A stretch of 64,000 nt of DNA from Devosia sp. (GTDB lineage: Bacteria > Pseudomonadota > Alphaproteobacteria > Rhizobiales > Devosiaceae): assembly GCF_036406155.1 (NCBI RefSeq), contig NZ_DASWVV010000074.1:4005-68004 (forward strand). The letters run 5' to 3'. A program made the position numbers and the translations under genes. The notes beneath the pieces are model-generated. The model worked only from the letters and a program-made list of their open reading frames with translations. It made no database searches and had not been told where the DNA came from. Numbering within the stretch: position 1 is the first letter of the stretch; each line of letters opens with the position of its first letter. Of this stretch, positions 1-9,271 are shown one piece after another.

Positions 1-791
1 CATTCCATGGCGTCGATGGCGTCCTCGATGACCAGCATCGAGGGGGTGTTGATGGTGGCCGCCTCGAACACCTCGCGCAGCAGCTTGCCGCCCTTGGTGA
101 GCCGGAAGATCTTGGGCAGCGGGCGGTCGGGCTTGAACGTCTCGAGCCGCTCGACGGCGCGCGGGCTGAGGATGAGGATGCCGTGCGCCGCCTCCCCGCC
201 CAGCGCCTTCTGCCAGGAGAAGGTGACGACGTCGAGCTTCGAAAAGTCGAGGTTCTGGGCGAAGGCCGCCGAAGTGGCGTCGCAGATGGTCAGCCCCTGC
301 CGGTCGGCCGGGATCCAGTCGCCGTCGGGGACGCGCACGCCCGAGGTGGTGCCGTTCCAGGTGAACACCACGTCGCGGCCGAAATCGACCTGGGCCAGGT
401 CGGGCAGCTCACCGTAGGGGGCGCGGATGACGCGCACGTCCTCGAGCTTGAGCTGCTTGGTGACGTCGGTGACCCAGCCTTCGCCGAACGATTCCCAGGC
501 CAGCATGTCGACGCCGCGGGCGCCGAGCAGGCCCCACAGCGCCATCTCGACGGCGCCGGTATCGGAGGCGGGGACGATGCCGATCAGGTAGTCGGCGGGG
601 ACCTCGAGCAGTTCGCGGGTGAGGTCGATGGCGCGCTGGATGCGGGCCTTGCCCGGCTTGGACCGGTGCGAGCGGCCGAGCAGCGCATTGGCCAGTACGT
701 CCACCGTCCAGCCAGGACGCTTGGCGCAGGGGCCCGATGAAAAATTGGGATTGGCCGGTTTCACCGCCGGCGCGGTCAGGGCTTCTGTCAT
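1..791 (-). CDS. serC: Phosphoserine aminotransferase (3' end runs off window)
   Basis: Manual translation of the minus strand from ATG at 791: [28 protein letters not shown]...[11 protein letters not shown]...[10 protein letters not shown]...[15 protein letters not shown] (PLP lysine motif of alphaproteobacterial SerC). Not in the ORF track because it is open at the edge. Confidence 0.92.
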   Translation of the reverse strand, partial: MTEALTAPAVKPANPNFSSGPCAKRPGWTVDVLANALLGRSHRSKPGKARIQRAIDLTRELLEVPADYLIGIVPASDTGAVEMALWGLLGARGVDMLAWESFGEGWVTDVTKQLKLEDVRVIRAPYGELPDLAQVDFGRDVVFTWNGTTSGVRVPDGDWIPADRQGLTICDATSAAFAQNLDFSKLDVVTFSWQKALGGEAAHGILILSPRAVERLETFKPDRPLPKIFRLTKGGKLLREVFEAATINTPSMLVIEDAIDAME

Positions 792-794
792 GTG

Positions 795-832
795 CGACCC
801 TCCCAGGTCGAAAGTCTTGCGTTAGGGCAAGA
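795..832 (-). promoter_or_regulatory. serC leader RNA (two-hairpin cis element)
   Basis: Minus strand reads TCTTGC-cctaac-GCAAGA, then CGACC-tgggag-GGTCG with the SD in the second hairpin, directly before the serC ATG. Same layout as the alphaproteobacterial serC RNA motif. Confidence 0.65.
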
Positions 833-918
833 TGTCCTGAGGCCGCTCATATGCCTCGCGGCGGGGCCGAGTCAATGGGGCGGAACGGCGAATTTTCCGG
901 GTCGCCCCGCCGCGCTGT

Positions 919-932
919 TTGCGCCGGCGCAA
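919..932. promoter_or_regulatory. FixK/FNR-type box (variant)
   Basis: Perfect palindrome TTGCG-CCGG-CGCAA fitting TTG(A/C)-N6-(T/G)CAA; centre is 41.5 nt before the flavodoxin ATG at 967. Confidence 0.6.
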
Positions 933-966
933 GGAAGGCGTGCCGCCTCTGTGGTCAGCATCGAGC

Positions 967-1506
967 ATGTCGATCCCTGTCCTGAATCTGGCGGCCCGTC
1001 CGCTCACCATCCTGTTCGCCACCGAAACCGGCCATGCCGCGGACCTTGCCGAGGCCGCCGCGACGCTGGCGCTGTCCATGGGCGCCGCGGTGCGGCTCAG
1101 GGACCTCGCCACCTACAACACCGCCAAGCTCGCAGGCGAACGCGACATCCTCGCCATCACCAGCACGCATGGCGAGGGCGACCCGCCCGAATCGGCGATC
1201 GACTTCTTCGACTTCCTCGACGAATCCGAGCTCGACCTGCACGAGGTGCGCTTCGCCGTCATGGCGCTCGGCGATTCCGGCTACGACGAGTTCTGCGGCG
1301 CCGGCAAGCGCCTCGACCGGCGGCTGGCGGCTATGGGCGCCGCCCGCCTCGCGCCGCGGCGTGACGTCGACGTGGGCGAGATGAAGCCGGCACGCGAATG
1401 GCTCGCCACCATCGTGCGCCGCTTCGTCGAGGACCAGGGCAGCCCGCGCGGCCTCGCCGCCGGGATCGAAGCAGGTGGGCTCGCCCACGCCGCGGGCGAG
1501 CCGTAG
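967..1506 (+). CDS. Flavodoxin (CysJ/MioC-like FMN-binding domain, stand-alone)
   Basis: ILFATETGHA, ITSTHGEGDPP and FAVMALGDSGYDEFCGAG flavodoxin motifs. Confidence 0.85.
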   Translation: MSIPVLNLAARPLTILFATETGHAADLAEAAATLALSMGAAVRLRDLATYNTAKLAGERDILAITSTHGEGDPPESAIDFFDFLDESELDLHEVRFAVMALGDSGYDEFCGAGKRLDRRLAAMGAARLAPRRDVDVGEMKPAREWLATIVRRFVEDQGSPRGLAAGIEAGGLAHAAGEP

Positions 1507-1516
1507 GTCTTCCCGC

Positions 1517-1774
1517 CTATCCCATCTCGGGATTGTCGCGCCACACGCCGCCCGCCTCGTCCCACAGGATGCGGCCGGTATGCACCAGCACCTCGAGGAC
1601 GGCGGAGGCGAGCGCGTTGCGCCGGTTCGGCGGCAGCCCTTCGCTCAGGCCGAGGTCGCGGGCGATGTCGTCGATGGCGAGGCCGTCCGGGGCGCGCGAC
1701 AGCAGCATGACGACAGCGTCCTCGATCTTCTTGAGACCGAGTTGCGCCTGCTCGCGGGCGTCGAGGCCGGCCAT
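1517..1774 (-). CDS. Small hypothetical protein (85 aa, possibly winged-helix-like), coupled to ppsA
   Basis: ATG overlaps the ppsA stop (TGATG); MAGLDAREQAQLGLKKIEDAVVMLL...IDDIARDLGL... Confidence 0.65.
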   Translation of the reverse strand: MAGLDAREQAQLGLKKIEDAVVMLLSRAPDGLAIDDIARDLGLSEGLPPNRRNALASAVLEVLVHTGRILWDEAGGVWRDNPEMG

Positions 1775-4182
1775 CACGCCCGCTCCCGCTTGCGCCGGGC
1801 GAGGCGGGCCTCGGCAGCCGCGACCCGCTGCTTCACGGCAATGAAGCTGTCCGGGCTCACCGAAATCGAATCGATGCCGCACTCGACCAGGAACTCGGCG
1901 AATTCGGGGTGGTCGCTCGGCGCCTGCCCGCACAGCCCGATCTTGGCGCCGGCCTTGCCCGCCTCGGCGATCACCCGCGCGATCATCCAGCGCACCGCCT
2001 CGTCCTGCTCGTCGAACAATTCGGCCAGCTCGCCCGAATCGCGATCGACCCCCAGCGTCAGCTGCGTCAGGTCGTTCGAGCCGATGGAAAAGCCGTCGAA
2101 GCGGTCGGCGAACTGCTTCGCGAGAATGACGTTGGAGGGGATCTCGCACATGACATAGACCTCGAGCCCGTCCTTGCCGCGCTTGAGGCCGCTCCCTTCC
2201 ATCTCCCGCAGCACCCGGTCCGCCTCCCCCACCGAGCGGCAGAAGGGGATCATGACGACGACGTTGCGGAAGCCCATGTCCTCGCGCAGCCGCCGGATCG
2301 CCCGGCATTCGAGGGCAAAGCCGTCGCGGTACTGCGCCGAATAGTAGCGCGAGGCACCGCGAAAGCCGAGCATCGGGTTCTCCTCCCTCGGCTCGAATTC
2401 GCGCCCCCCGACCAGGCCGGCATATTCGTTGGTCTTGAAGTCGCTCATCCTGACGATGACCGGCCGCGGATAGAGGGCAGCGGCGATGCGGGCGAGGCCA
2501 CGCGACAGCCGGTCGACGAAATATTCGGCCTTGTCCTCGTAACCGGCTGTCAGGGCGGCGATTTCATCCTTGGCCGCCTCGTCCCGCAGCCGGTCGAAAT
2601 GCAGCAGCGCCAGCGGGTGCACGCGGATGGAATTGGTGACCACGAATTCCATGCGCGCCAGCCCCACTCCGTCGGCCGGCAGGCGCCACCAGCGGAAAGC
2701 GGCCCCGGGGTTGGCGAGATTGAGCATGACCGCGGTGCGGGTCTGCGGCAGCCCGGCGACGTCGACGGTCCGGACGCTGAACTCGGCCCGTCCCTCGTAG
2801 ACGAAGCCCTCGTCGCCCTCGGCGCAGGAAACGGTGACCTCCTCGCCGCTGTGCAGCACCTCGGTGGCGTTGCCGGTGCCGACGACGGCGGGCAGGCCCA
2901 GCTCGCGGCTGACGATTGCGGCGTGCGACGTGCGGCCGCCGTGGTCGGTGACGATGGCGGCGGCGCGCTTCATCACCGGCACCCAGTCGGGATCGGTGGT
3001 GGCGGTGACGAGGATCGAGCCGTCGATGAACTGGTCGATGTCCCGGGCGCTTTCGATCAGGCAGACATGGCCGCTCACCACCTGGTCGCCGATCGACAGG
3101 CCGCGCGCCGCCACCGGGCCCTTGGCGCCGATGCTGTAGGCCTTGAACACGCCGGCCTCGCGGCGCGCCTGCACGGTCTCGGGGCGGGCCTGCAGGATGA
3201 AGATCTCGCCGGTTTCCCCGTCCCGCCCCCATTCCATGTCCATCGGCCGGCCATAGTGCTCCTCGATGATTACGGCCCAGCGCGCCAGGGCGAGGATCTC
3301 GTCGTCGCCCAGCACGTAGGCGGCCCGCTCGGCCTTCGAGGTCGGCACGTTGCGGGTCGGGCTGTCGCCGGCCCCGTAGATCAGCTTCTGCGCCTTGTTG
3401 CCGAGCTTCTTCTCGACGATCGGGACCAGCGTCCTGTCCGTGAGCAGGGGCTTGAACACCTGGTACTCGTCGGGATCGACGGTGCCCTGCACGACGTTCT
3501 CGCCCAGCCCCCAGGCGGCGTTGATGAGCACCACCCGGTCGAAGCCGGTATCGGTGTCGAGCGAGAACATGACGCCCGAGCCGCCCTGGTCGGCGCGCAC
3601 CATCTGCTGCACGCCGATGGAGAGCGCAACCTGCATGTGGTCGAAGCCCTTGGCCTGGCGGTAGCTGATGGCGCGGTCGGTGAACAGCGACGCGTAGCAG
3701 CGCCGGCAGGCCCTGAGCAGGGCCTCCTCGCCCGTAATGTTGAGGAAGGTCTCCTGCTGGCCGGCAAAGCTCGCGTCCGGCAGGTCCTCAGCGGTCGCGC
3801 TCGAACGCACGGCGACGGCGACCTCGTTCTTGCCGGTGCGTTTGCACAGCTTGCGATAGGCCTCGACGATGGCGGTCGCGACGTCGGCCGGCCAATCGCC
3901 CTTGAGCAGCAGGGCGCGGATGGCCTGCCCGGTTTCGGCGAGGCTGGCCTTGCCGGCGTCCCACTCGGCGAGGAGCGCGCCGACACGCTGGCGCAAATCG
4001 TTGGCGTCGAGATACTGCCAATAGGCGGCGGCGGTCGTGGCAAAGCCCGGCGGCACCTTGATGCCCTTGCCGGCCAGGGCCCGCACCATCTCGCCCAGCG
4101 AGGCGTTCTTGCCCCCGACCAGCGCAACGTCGGCGCGCCCGATGTCCTCGAACCATGCAATGGGCGACCGCTGCTTCGCCAT
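1774..4182 (-). CDS. ppsA: Phosphoenolpyruvate synthase (pyruvate, water dikinase)
   Basis: GGKNASLGEM, VRSSATAEDLPDASFAGQQETFLN, GGRTSHAAIVSRE (phospho-His), EENPMLGFRGASRY; 802 aa. Confidence 0.96.
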   Translation of the reverse strand: MAKQRSPIAWFEDIGRADVALVGGKNASLGEMVRALAGKGIKVPPGFATTAAAYWQYLDANDLRQRVGALLAEWDAGKASLAETGQAIRALLLKGDWPADVATAIVEAYRKLCKRTGKNEVAVAVRSSATAEDLPDASFAGQQETFLNITGEEALLRACRRCYASLFTDRAISYRQAKGFDHMQVALSIGVQQMVRADQGGSGVMFSLDTDTGFDRVVLINAAWGLGENVVQGTVDPDEYQVFKPLLTDRTLVPIVEKKLGNKAQKLIYGAGDSPTRNVPTSKAERAAYVLGDDEILALARWAVIIEEHYGRPMDMEWGRDGETGEIFILQARPETVQARREAGVFKAYSIGAKGPVAARGLSIGDQVVSGHVCLIESARDIDQFIDGSILVTATTDPDWVPVMKRAAAIVTDHGGRTSHAAIVSRELGLPAVVGTGNATEVLHSGEEVTVSCAEGDEGFVYEGRAEFSVRTVDVAGLPQTRTAVMLNLANPGAAFRWWRLPADGVGLARMEFVVTNSIRVHPLALLHFDRLRDEAAKDEIAALTAGYEDKAEYFVDRLSRGLARIAAALYPRPVIVRMSDFKTNEYAGLVGGREFEPREENPMLGFRGASRYYSAQYRDGFALECRAIRRLREDMGFRNVVVMIPFCRSVGEADRVLREMEGSGLKRGKDGLEVYVMCEIPSNVILAKQFADRFDGFSIGSNDLTQLTLGVDRDSGELAELFDEQDEAVRWMIARVIAEAGKAGAKIGLCGQAPSDHPEFAEFLVECGIDSISVSPDSFIAVKQRVAAAEARLARRKRERA

Positions 4183-4266
4183 TCCCGCACTCCCGCTCTG
4201 AGGCCGGGGGTGCGCCGGCGCGCTCCCCCGAGGCTTGCAGCGTGGGCGCCTTCGCCCGCCCGCGTC

Positions 4267-4280
4267 TTGATTTCAGTCAA
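4267..4280. promoter_or_regulatory. FNR/FixK box upstream of ppsA
   Basis: TTGAT-TTCA-GTCAA, one mismatch to TTGAT-N4-ATCAA, in the ppsA/glk divergent intergenic region. Confidence 0.75.
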
Positions 4281-4306
4281 TTGTCGGCGCCGCCCGGGGC
4301 CGCCCC

Positions 4307-4320
4307 ATGATCCAGATCAA
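4307..4320. promoter_or_regulatory. FNR/FixK box upstream of glk
   Basis: ATGAT-CCAG-ATCAA, one mismatch to consensus, 60 nt before the glk ATG. Confidence 0.65.
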
Positions 4321-4380
4321 CCTGCAGCCGCGCCGGATTGCGTACGGGTGTCACACACCCGGGCCGATCGAGAGGACGCG

Positions 4381-5343
4381 ATGAAAAGATATTCCCGCAG
4401 GGCGCTGGTGGGCGATATTGGCGGCACCAACATGCGCTTCGCCATCGCCGACATCGACGAATTGACGATCAGCGATTTCGCGCTGCTGGCGAGCGCCGAT
4501 TTCGACGACCCGCGGCAGGCGATCGAGCGCTACCTCAAGAGCGTCCCCGAGCGGCCGGACATGGTGGGACTCGCCATCGCCGGCCCCGTCGCCGACGGCG
4601 CCGCCACCATGACCAACCGCCCCTGGCGGTTCGAGCGCGACCAAATCCGCATGATCACGCAGGCCACACACGTGCACTTCGTCAACGATTTTGGAGCCTT
4701 GGCACTGGCCCTGCCCCGCCTCACCGCGCACGATCTGCACCGCATCGGCGGCGGCACCGCGGTCGGCGGCGCACCGATGGCGGTCCTGGGCCCCGGCACC
4801 GGGCTGGGCGTCGCGGCGCTGCTCAACGCCCCGACGGGCCAGGTGGCCGTCGCCACCGAGGGCGGTCACGTCACCTTCGGGGCGACCGAAGCCGCCGAAC
4901 TCGCCCTGCTGCGCCAGGTGGTGGCCGATCCCGGCTATCTCGGCGCCGAGGAACTGCTCTCCGGCCGCGGCCTCGTGGCCCTCTACCGCGCGCTTTCGGG
5001 CCGTGGCGAGGACGCGCTGCGCGCCCCCGACGTCGTGGCGCGGGTCCGCACCCACAAGGATCCCGCGGCGAACCGGACGCTCGAACAGTTCGTGACCTGG
5101 CTCGGGCGCTTCGCCGCCGACGTCGCCCTCGCCTTCGGCGCCCGCGGCGGCGTCTATATCGGCGGCGGCATCGCCCCCAACATCGTCGATGCCATGTCGA
5201 CGGGCGCTTTCCGCGCCGCATTCGACTATAAGGGGTCGCATGCGGCCTACGTCGCCTCGATTCCCGTGCACGTCATCAAGACCGGCGCGGATGCGGGGTT
5301 GCGCGGCGCCGCCATCGCCCTTTCACAACGGATCGAGGCCTGA
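4381..5343 (+). CDS. glk: Glucokinase
   Basis: LVGDIGGTNMRFA, VNDFGALA, GPGTGLGVA, EGGHV, YIGGGI; SD GAGG before ATG 4381. The upstream part of the 1144-aa track ORF is a ppsA shadow. Confidence 0.93.
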   Translation: MKRYSRRALVGDIGGTNMRFAIADIDELTISDFALLASADFDDPRQAIERYLKSVPERPDMVGLAIAGPVADGAATMTNRPWRFERDQIRMITQATHVHFVNDFGALALALPRLTAHDLHRIGGGTAVGGAPMAVLGPGTGLGVAALLNAPTGQVAVATEGGHVTFGATEAAELALLRQVVADPGYLGAEELLSGRGLVALYRALSGRGEDALRAPDVVARVRTHKDPAANRTLEQFVTWLGRFAADVALAFGARGGVYIGGGIAPNIVDAMSTGAFRAAFDYKGSHAAYVASIPVHVIKTGADAGLRGAAIALSQRIEA

Positions 5344-5379
5344 AGCGGCCTCGCCCGACCGCCACGACCGGAGCCAGAC

Positions 5380-6309
5380 ATGCAGATCAGCGACCACGTC
5401 CGCCACATCCTCGCCCAGTATGACGGGGAGCGTCCCGGCGTGAAGGCCAACCTCGCGCGGCTGCTGCTGCACGGGCGTACCGGCGGTTCCGGCAAGCTGG
5501 TCATCCTGCCCGTCGACCAGGGCTTCGAGCACGGCCCGGCGCGCAGCTTCGCCCCCAACCCGGCGGGCTACGATCCGCATTACGTCTTCGAACTGGCGGT
5601 GGAGGCCGGGCTGAGCGCCCTCGCCGCGCCGCTCGGCCTGCTCGCCGCGGGCGCCGACCGGTTCGCCGGCGCGGTGCCGCTGATCCTCAAGGCCAACAGC
5701 GCCAACAGCCTCGCCGGCCATGCCGACCAGGCCATCACCGGTACGGTGGGCGATGCACTCGAACTCGGCTGCTCGGCCATCGGCTTCACCATCTATCCGG
5801 GCGCCGACAGCCAGTACGAGATGTTCGAGGAGGTGCGCGAGGCCGCCGCCGAGGCGCGCGCCTGCGGCCTCGCCGTCGTCGTCTGGGCCTACCCGCGCGG
5901 CGGCAAGCTGAGCAAGGACGGCGAGACGGCGCTCGACGTCGTCGCCTACTCCGCCCACATGGCGGCCCTGCTGGGAGCCCATATCATCAAGGTGAAGCTG
6001 CCCTCGGCGCATATCGAGCAGCCCGAGGCCAAGTCCGCCTATGCCGGCATGGGCATCGACTTCTCGGTGCTCTCCAACCGCGTCGCCCATGTCGTCAAGG
6101 CGGCCTTCGACGGCCGCCGCATCGTGGTGTTTTCCGGCGGCCCGGCCAAGGACAGCCAGGCGCTGTACGACGAAGTGCGCGCCATCCGGGCGGGCGGGGG
6201 GCACGGCTCCATCGTGGGCCGCAACAGCTTCCAGCGCCCGCGCGAGGACGCACTGGCCATGCTCGACACGGTCATCCGCCTCTATCTCGGCGAGACAGCC
6301 GGAGCCTGA
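5380..6309 (+). CDS. fbaB: Class I fructose-bisphosphate aldolase (FbaB/DhnA type)
   Basis: LVILPVDQGFEHGPARSFAPNP, WAYPRGG, GAHIIKVK (Schiff-base Lys), GRNSFQR. Confidence 0.92.
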   Translation: MQISDHVRHILAQYDGERPGVKANLARLLLHGRTGGSGKLVILPVDQGFEHGPARSFAPNPAGYDPHYVFELAVEAGLSALAAPLGLLAAGADRFAGAVPLILKANSANSLAGHADQAITGTVGDALELGCSAIGFTIYPGADSQYEMFEEVREAAAEARACGLAVVVWAYPRGGKLSKDGETALDVVAYSAHMAALLGAHIIKVKLPSAHIEQPEAKSAYAGMGIDFSVLSNRVAHVVKAAFDGRRIVVFSGGPAKDSQALYDEVRAIRAGGGHGSIVGRNSFQRPREDALAMLDTVIRLYLGETAGA

Positions 6310-6312
6310 GGC

Positions 6313-7260
6313 ATGTCGACGCCGCCGATCCTCACCATCTCGCTCAACCCGGCGCTCGACATCACCACCTCGACCGAGGCGCTGCGGCCGGCGCGCAAGC
6401 TGAGGTGCACGCCGCCGCATTACGACGCCGGGGGCGGCGGCACCAACGTCGCGCGCGCCATCAAGATCCTGGGCGGCGAGAGCCGGGCTTTCGTCGTCCT
6501 CGGCGGCGCCACCGGCGCACAGTACCGCGCCATCCTCGAGGGCTATGGCCTTGACTGCGAGGTCTGGGAGGCGCGGGGCGAGACGCGCTTCTCGCTCACC
6601 GTGATGGAGCAGTCCTCGGGCCAGCACTACCGCTTCGTGCTGCCCGGGCCGCCCCGCGAAGACCTCGAGATCGACCTGCTGCTGGCGGCGCTGGAGCGCA
6701 AGATCGGCGACGGCTACCGCTTCGTCGTCGCCACCGGCAGCCTGCCGCCGGGCATGCCGACCGACATCTACGCGCGCCTGGCGCGGATCGCGCGCGACAG
6801 CGGCGCCCGCTTCGTGCTCGACACCTCCGGGCCGGCGCTCACCGCCGCCCTGGCCGAAAAGCCGTACATCGTCCGGTTCAACCATCTCGAGGCGCAGGAA
6901 CTGGTGGGCGGCGACGACCCAAGGGCGGCGGCCGTCACGCTCGCCAACGACGTGATCGGGCGGGGCGCCGCCGAGGTCGCCATCGCCACCCTGGTCGAAC
7001 AGGGCGCCTATGTCGCCACTGCCGGGGGGAGCTTCTACGTCCGCCCGCCCGCCGTCACGGTGCGCAGCGCCGTCGGCGCCGGCGACAGCTTCGTCGGCGC
7101 CATGGTGCTGCGCCTCGCCCAGGGCTGGCGGCTCGAGGACGCCTGCCGCTATGGTGCCGCCGCCGCAGCCTCGGCCGTCACCACCGAGGCCACCGAATTG
7201 TGCACGCGCGCCGACACCGAGCGCTACTTCGCGCAGATCGCCCCGGAGCGGGCCGCCTGA
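6313..7260 (+). CDS. pfkB: 1-phosphofructokinase-family hexose kinase (PfkB-like)
   Basis: TISLNPALD, AGGGGTNVAR, TGSLPPG, DTSG, SAVGAGDSFVGA. Confidence 0.85.
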   Translation: MSTPPILTISLNPALDITTSTEALRPARKLRCTPPHYDAGGGGTNVARAIKILGGESRAFVVLGGATGAQYRAILEGYGLDCEVWEARGETRFSLTVMEQSSGQHYRFVLPGPPREDLEIDLLLAALERKIGDGYRFVVATGSLPPGMPTDIYARLARIARDSGARFVLDTSGPALTAALAEKPYIVRFNHLEAQELVGGDDPRAAAVTLANDVIGRGAAEVAIATLVEQGAYVATAGGSFYVRPPAVTVRSAVGAGDSFVGAMVLRLAQGWRLEDACRYGAAAAASAVTTEATELCTRADTERYFAQIAPERAA

Positions 7261-7275
7261 GCCGCACGGGAACCG

Positions 7276-8382
7276 CTACAGGCGGACGCCGCTTGCCGGG
7301 TCGAACAGCTTGGCCTTGTCCATGTTGACCTGGAAGCGGTAGGGCCGGCCGGCTGCGACCGCCTCGTCCGGCCGCACCCGGCCGATCGCCTCGCTGCCGC
7401 CGAGGGTGAAGACCAGCAGCGTATCGGGGCCGGTGGGTTCGACGACGTCGATGCTGCGCGCGAACTCGAAGACGCTGGCGCCGGGCGCGTGGGCGCCGGG
7501 ATGGGTGATGATCTCGGGCCTGAGGCCGAGCACCACCTCCTCGCCCGGCCGGTCCGCCACCTTGGCAGCGAGGGCGGCGGGCAGCGGGAAGGAGATGCTG
7601 CCCTCGGCGTCGGCGACCTCGACGCGGGCGCCGCCCTCCCCGGCGATGCGGCCACGCACGATGTTCATCGAGGGCGAGCCCATGAAGCCGGCGACGAACA
7701 GGTCCATCGGGTCTTCGTAGATCTCCGCCGGCGGGCCGAACTGCCGGATGTGGCCGTTGTCCATGACGGCGATGCGGGACGCCAGCGTCATCGCCTCGAC
7801 CTGGTCGTGGGTGACGTAGATGGTGGTCTTGCCCAGCCGTTGGTGCAGCTTCTTCATCTCGGTGCGCATCTCGATCCGGAGCTTGGCATCGAGGTTGGAG
7901 AGCGGCTCGTCGAACAGGAACACGTCGGGGTCGCGCACCAGCGCCCGCCCCATGGCGACGCGCTGGCGCTGCCCGCCGGAGAGCTGCCCGGGCTTGCGCT
8001 CGAGCAGGCCCTCGATATGCAGCTGCTGGGAGACGTCGGCCACCGCCCGCGCCTGCTCGGCGCGGGGGATGTTGCGCGTCTCCATGCCGAAGGTGATGTT
8101 GCCGTGCACGGTCTTGGTCGGATAGAGCGCGTAGGACTGGAACACCATGGCGATGTCGCGGTCCTTGGGGGGGACGTCGTTGACGCGCTGCGCGCCGATA
8201 TGGATGTCGCCCCCGCTCAGCGTCTCCAGCCCCGCGATGAGGTTGAGCAGCGTGGACTTGCCGCAACCGGAGGGGCCGACCAGCACCACGAATTCGCCCG
8301 AGGCGATGACGAGGTCGATGCCCTTGATGACGTCGTTGCTGCCGAACCGCTTCCACACCTTGTCGAGCCGCACTTCCACCAT
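7276..8382 (-). CDS. Sugar ABC transporter ATP-binding protein (MalK/UgpC type)
   Basis: [31 protein letters not shown]-terminal TOBE-like region. Confidence 0.93.
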   Translation of the reverse strand: MVEVRLDKVWKRFGSNDVIKGIDLVIASGEFVVLVGPSGCGKSTLLNLIAGLETLSGGDIHIGAQRVNDVPPKDRDIAMVFQSYALYPTKTVHGNITFGMETRNIPRAEQARAVADVSQQLHIEGLLERKPGQLSGGQRQRVAMGRALVRDPDVFLFDEPLSNLDAKLRIEMRTEMKKLHQRLGKTTIYVTHDQVEAMTLASRIAVMDNGHIRQFGPPAEIYEDPMDLFVAGFMGSPSMNIVRGRIAGEGGARVEVADAEGSISFPLPAALAAKVADRPGEEVVLGLRPEIITHPGAHAPGASVFEFARSIDVVEPTGPDTLLVFTLGGSEAIGRVRPDEAVAAGRPYRFQVNMDKAKLFDPASGVRL

Positions 8383-8386
8383 CGCT

Positions 8387-9271
8387 TCACCCCTTCACGG
8401 CGCCGGCGGCGAGCCCGCGCACGAAATAGTTGCCGGCCAGCACGTAGACGAGCAGCGTCGGCAGGCCGGCGATGATGGCGGCAGCCATGTCGACATTGTA
8501 TTCCTTCACGCCCGTGCTCGAGGCGACGATGTTGTTGAGCGCCACCGTCGCCGGGTTGCTGTCGCCGACCGTGAAGGCGATGCCGAACAGGAAGTCATTC
8601 CAGATCTGGGTGAACTGCCAGATCACGGTGACGACGATGGTGGGCACCGCCATGGGCAGCATGAGCTTGAAGAAGATGGCGAAGAACCCGGCGCCGTCGA
8701 TCTTGGCCGCCTGCACGATGCCGTCCGAGACCGAGACGAAGAAATTGCGGAAGAACAGCGTGGTGAAGGCCAGCCCGTACACGGTATGCACCAGGATCAG
8801 CCCGTAGGTGCTGCCGGCCAACCCGAAATAGCCGAGCGTCCTCGCCATCGGCAGCAATACCACCTGGAACGGGATGAAGGCGCCGAACAGCATCAGCGCG
8901 AAGATGGTGTCGGCGCCGCGGAAGCGCCATTTGGTAAGGGCGTAGCCGTTGACGGCGCCGAGGAAGGTGGAGATGACCACCGCCGGCACCACCATCGCCA
9001 CCGAATTCCACATATAGGGCGCAAGCCCATTGCAGCGCACCCCGACGCAGGCCGAGTTCCAGGCCTTGGCCCAGGCGTCGAAGGTCACCTCGCGCGGCAG
9101 GGCGATGAATGAGCCGGTGCGGATCTCGGCCAGCGACTTGAGCGAGGTGGAGATCATCACCACCAGCGGCATGAGATAGACGAGGCAGAACAGGCCCAGC
9201 ACCGTGAACAGCAGGGCGCGCAGGACCGCCTGGCGCGCGCCCTTGCGGCGGACGATGCCTTCCCCGTTCAT
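8387..9271 (-). CDS. Carbohydrate ABC transporter permease
   Basis: Hydrophobic; [11 protein letters not shown]-like loop, QFTQIWNDF; ATG overlaps the upstream stop. Confidence 0.9.
   Translation of the reverse strand: MNGEGIVRRKGARQAVLRALLFTVLGLFCLVYLMPLVVMISTSLKSLAEIRTGSFIALPREVTFDAWAKAWNSACVGVRCNGLAPYMWNSVAMVVPAVVISTFLGAVNGYALTKWRFRGADTIFALMLFGAFIPFQVVLLPMARTLGYFGLAGSTYGLILVHTVYGLAFTTLFFRNFFVSVSDGIVQAAKIDGAGFFAIFFKLMLPMAVPTIVVTVIWQFTQIWNDFLFGIAFTVGDSNPATVALNNIVASSTGVKEYNVDMAAAIIAGLPTLLVYVLAGNYFVRGLAAGAVKG

Noticed and set aside
1909-4380. 1144-aa ORF suggesting a giant glucokinase fusion
   Set aside because: The N-terminal 824 aa is the antisense shadow of ppsA; glk has its own SD and ATG at 4381.
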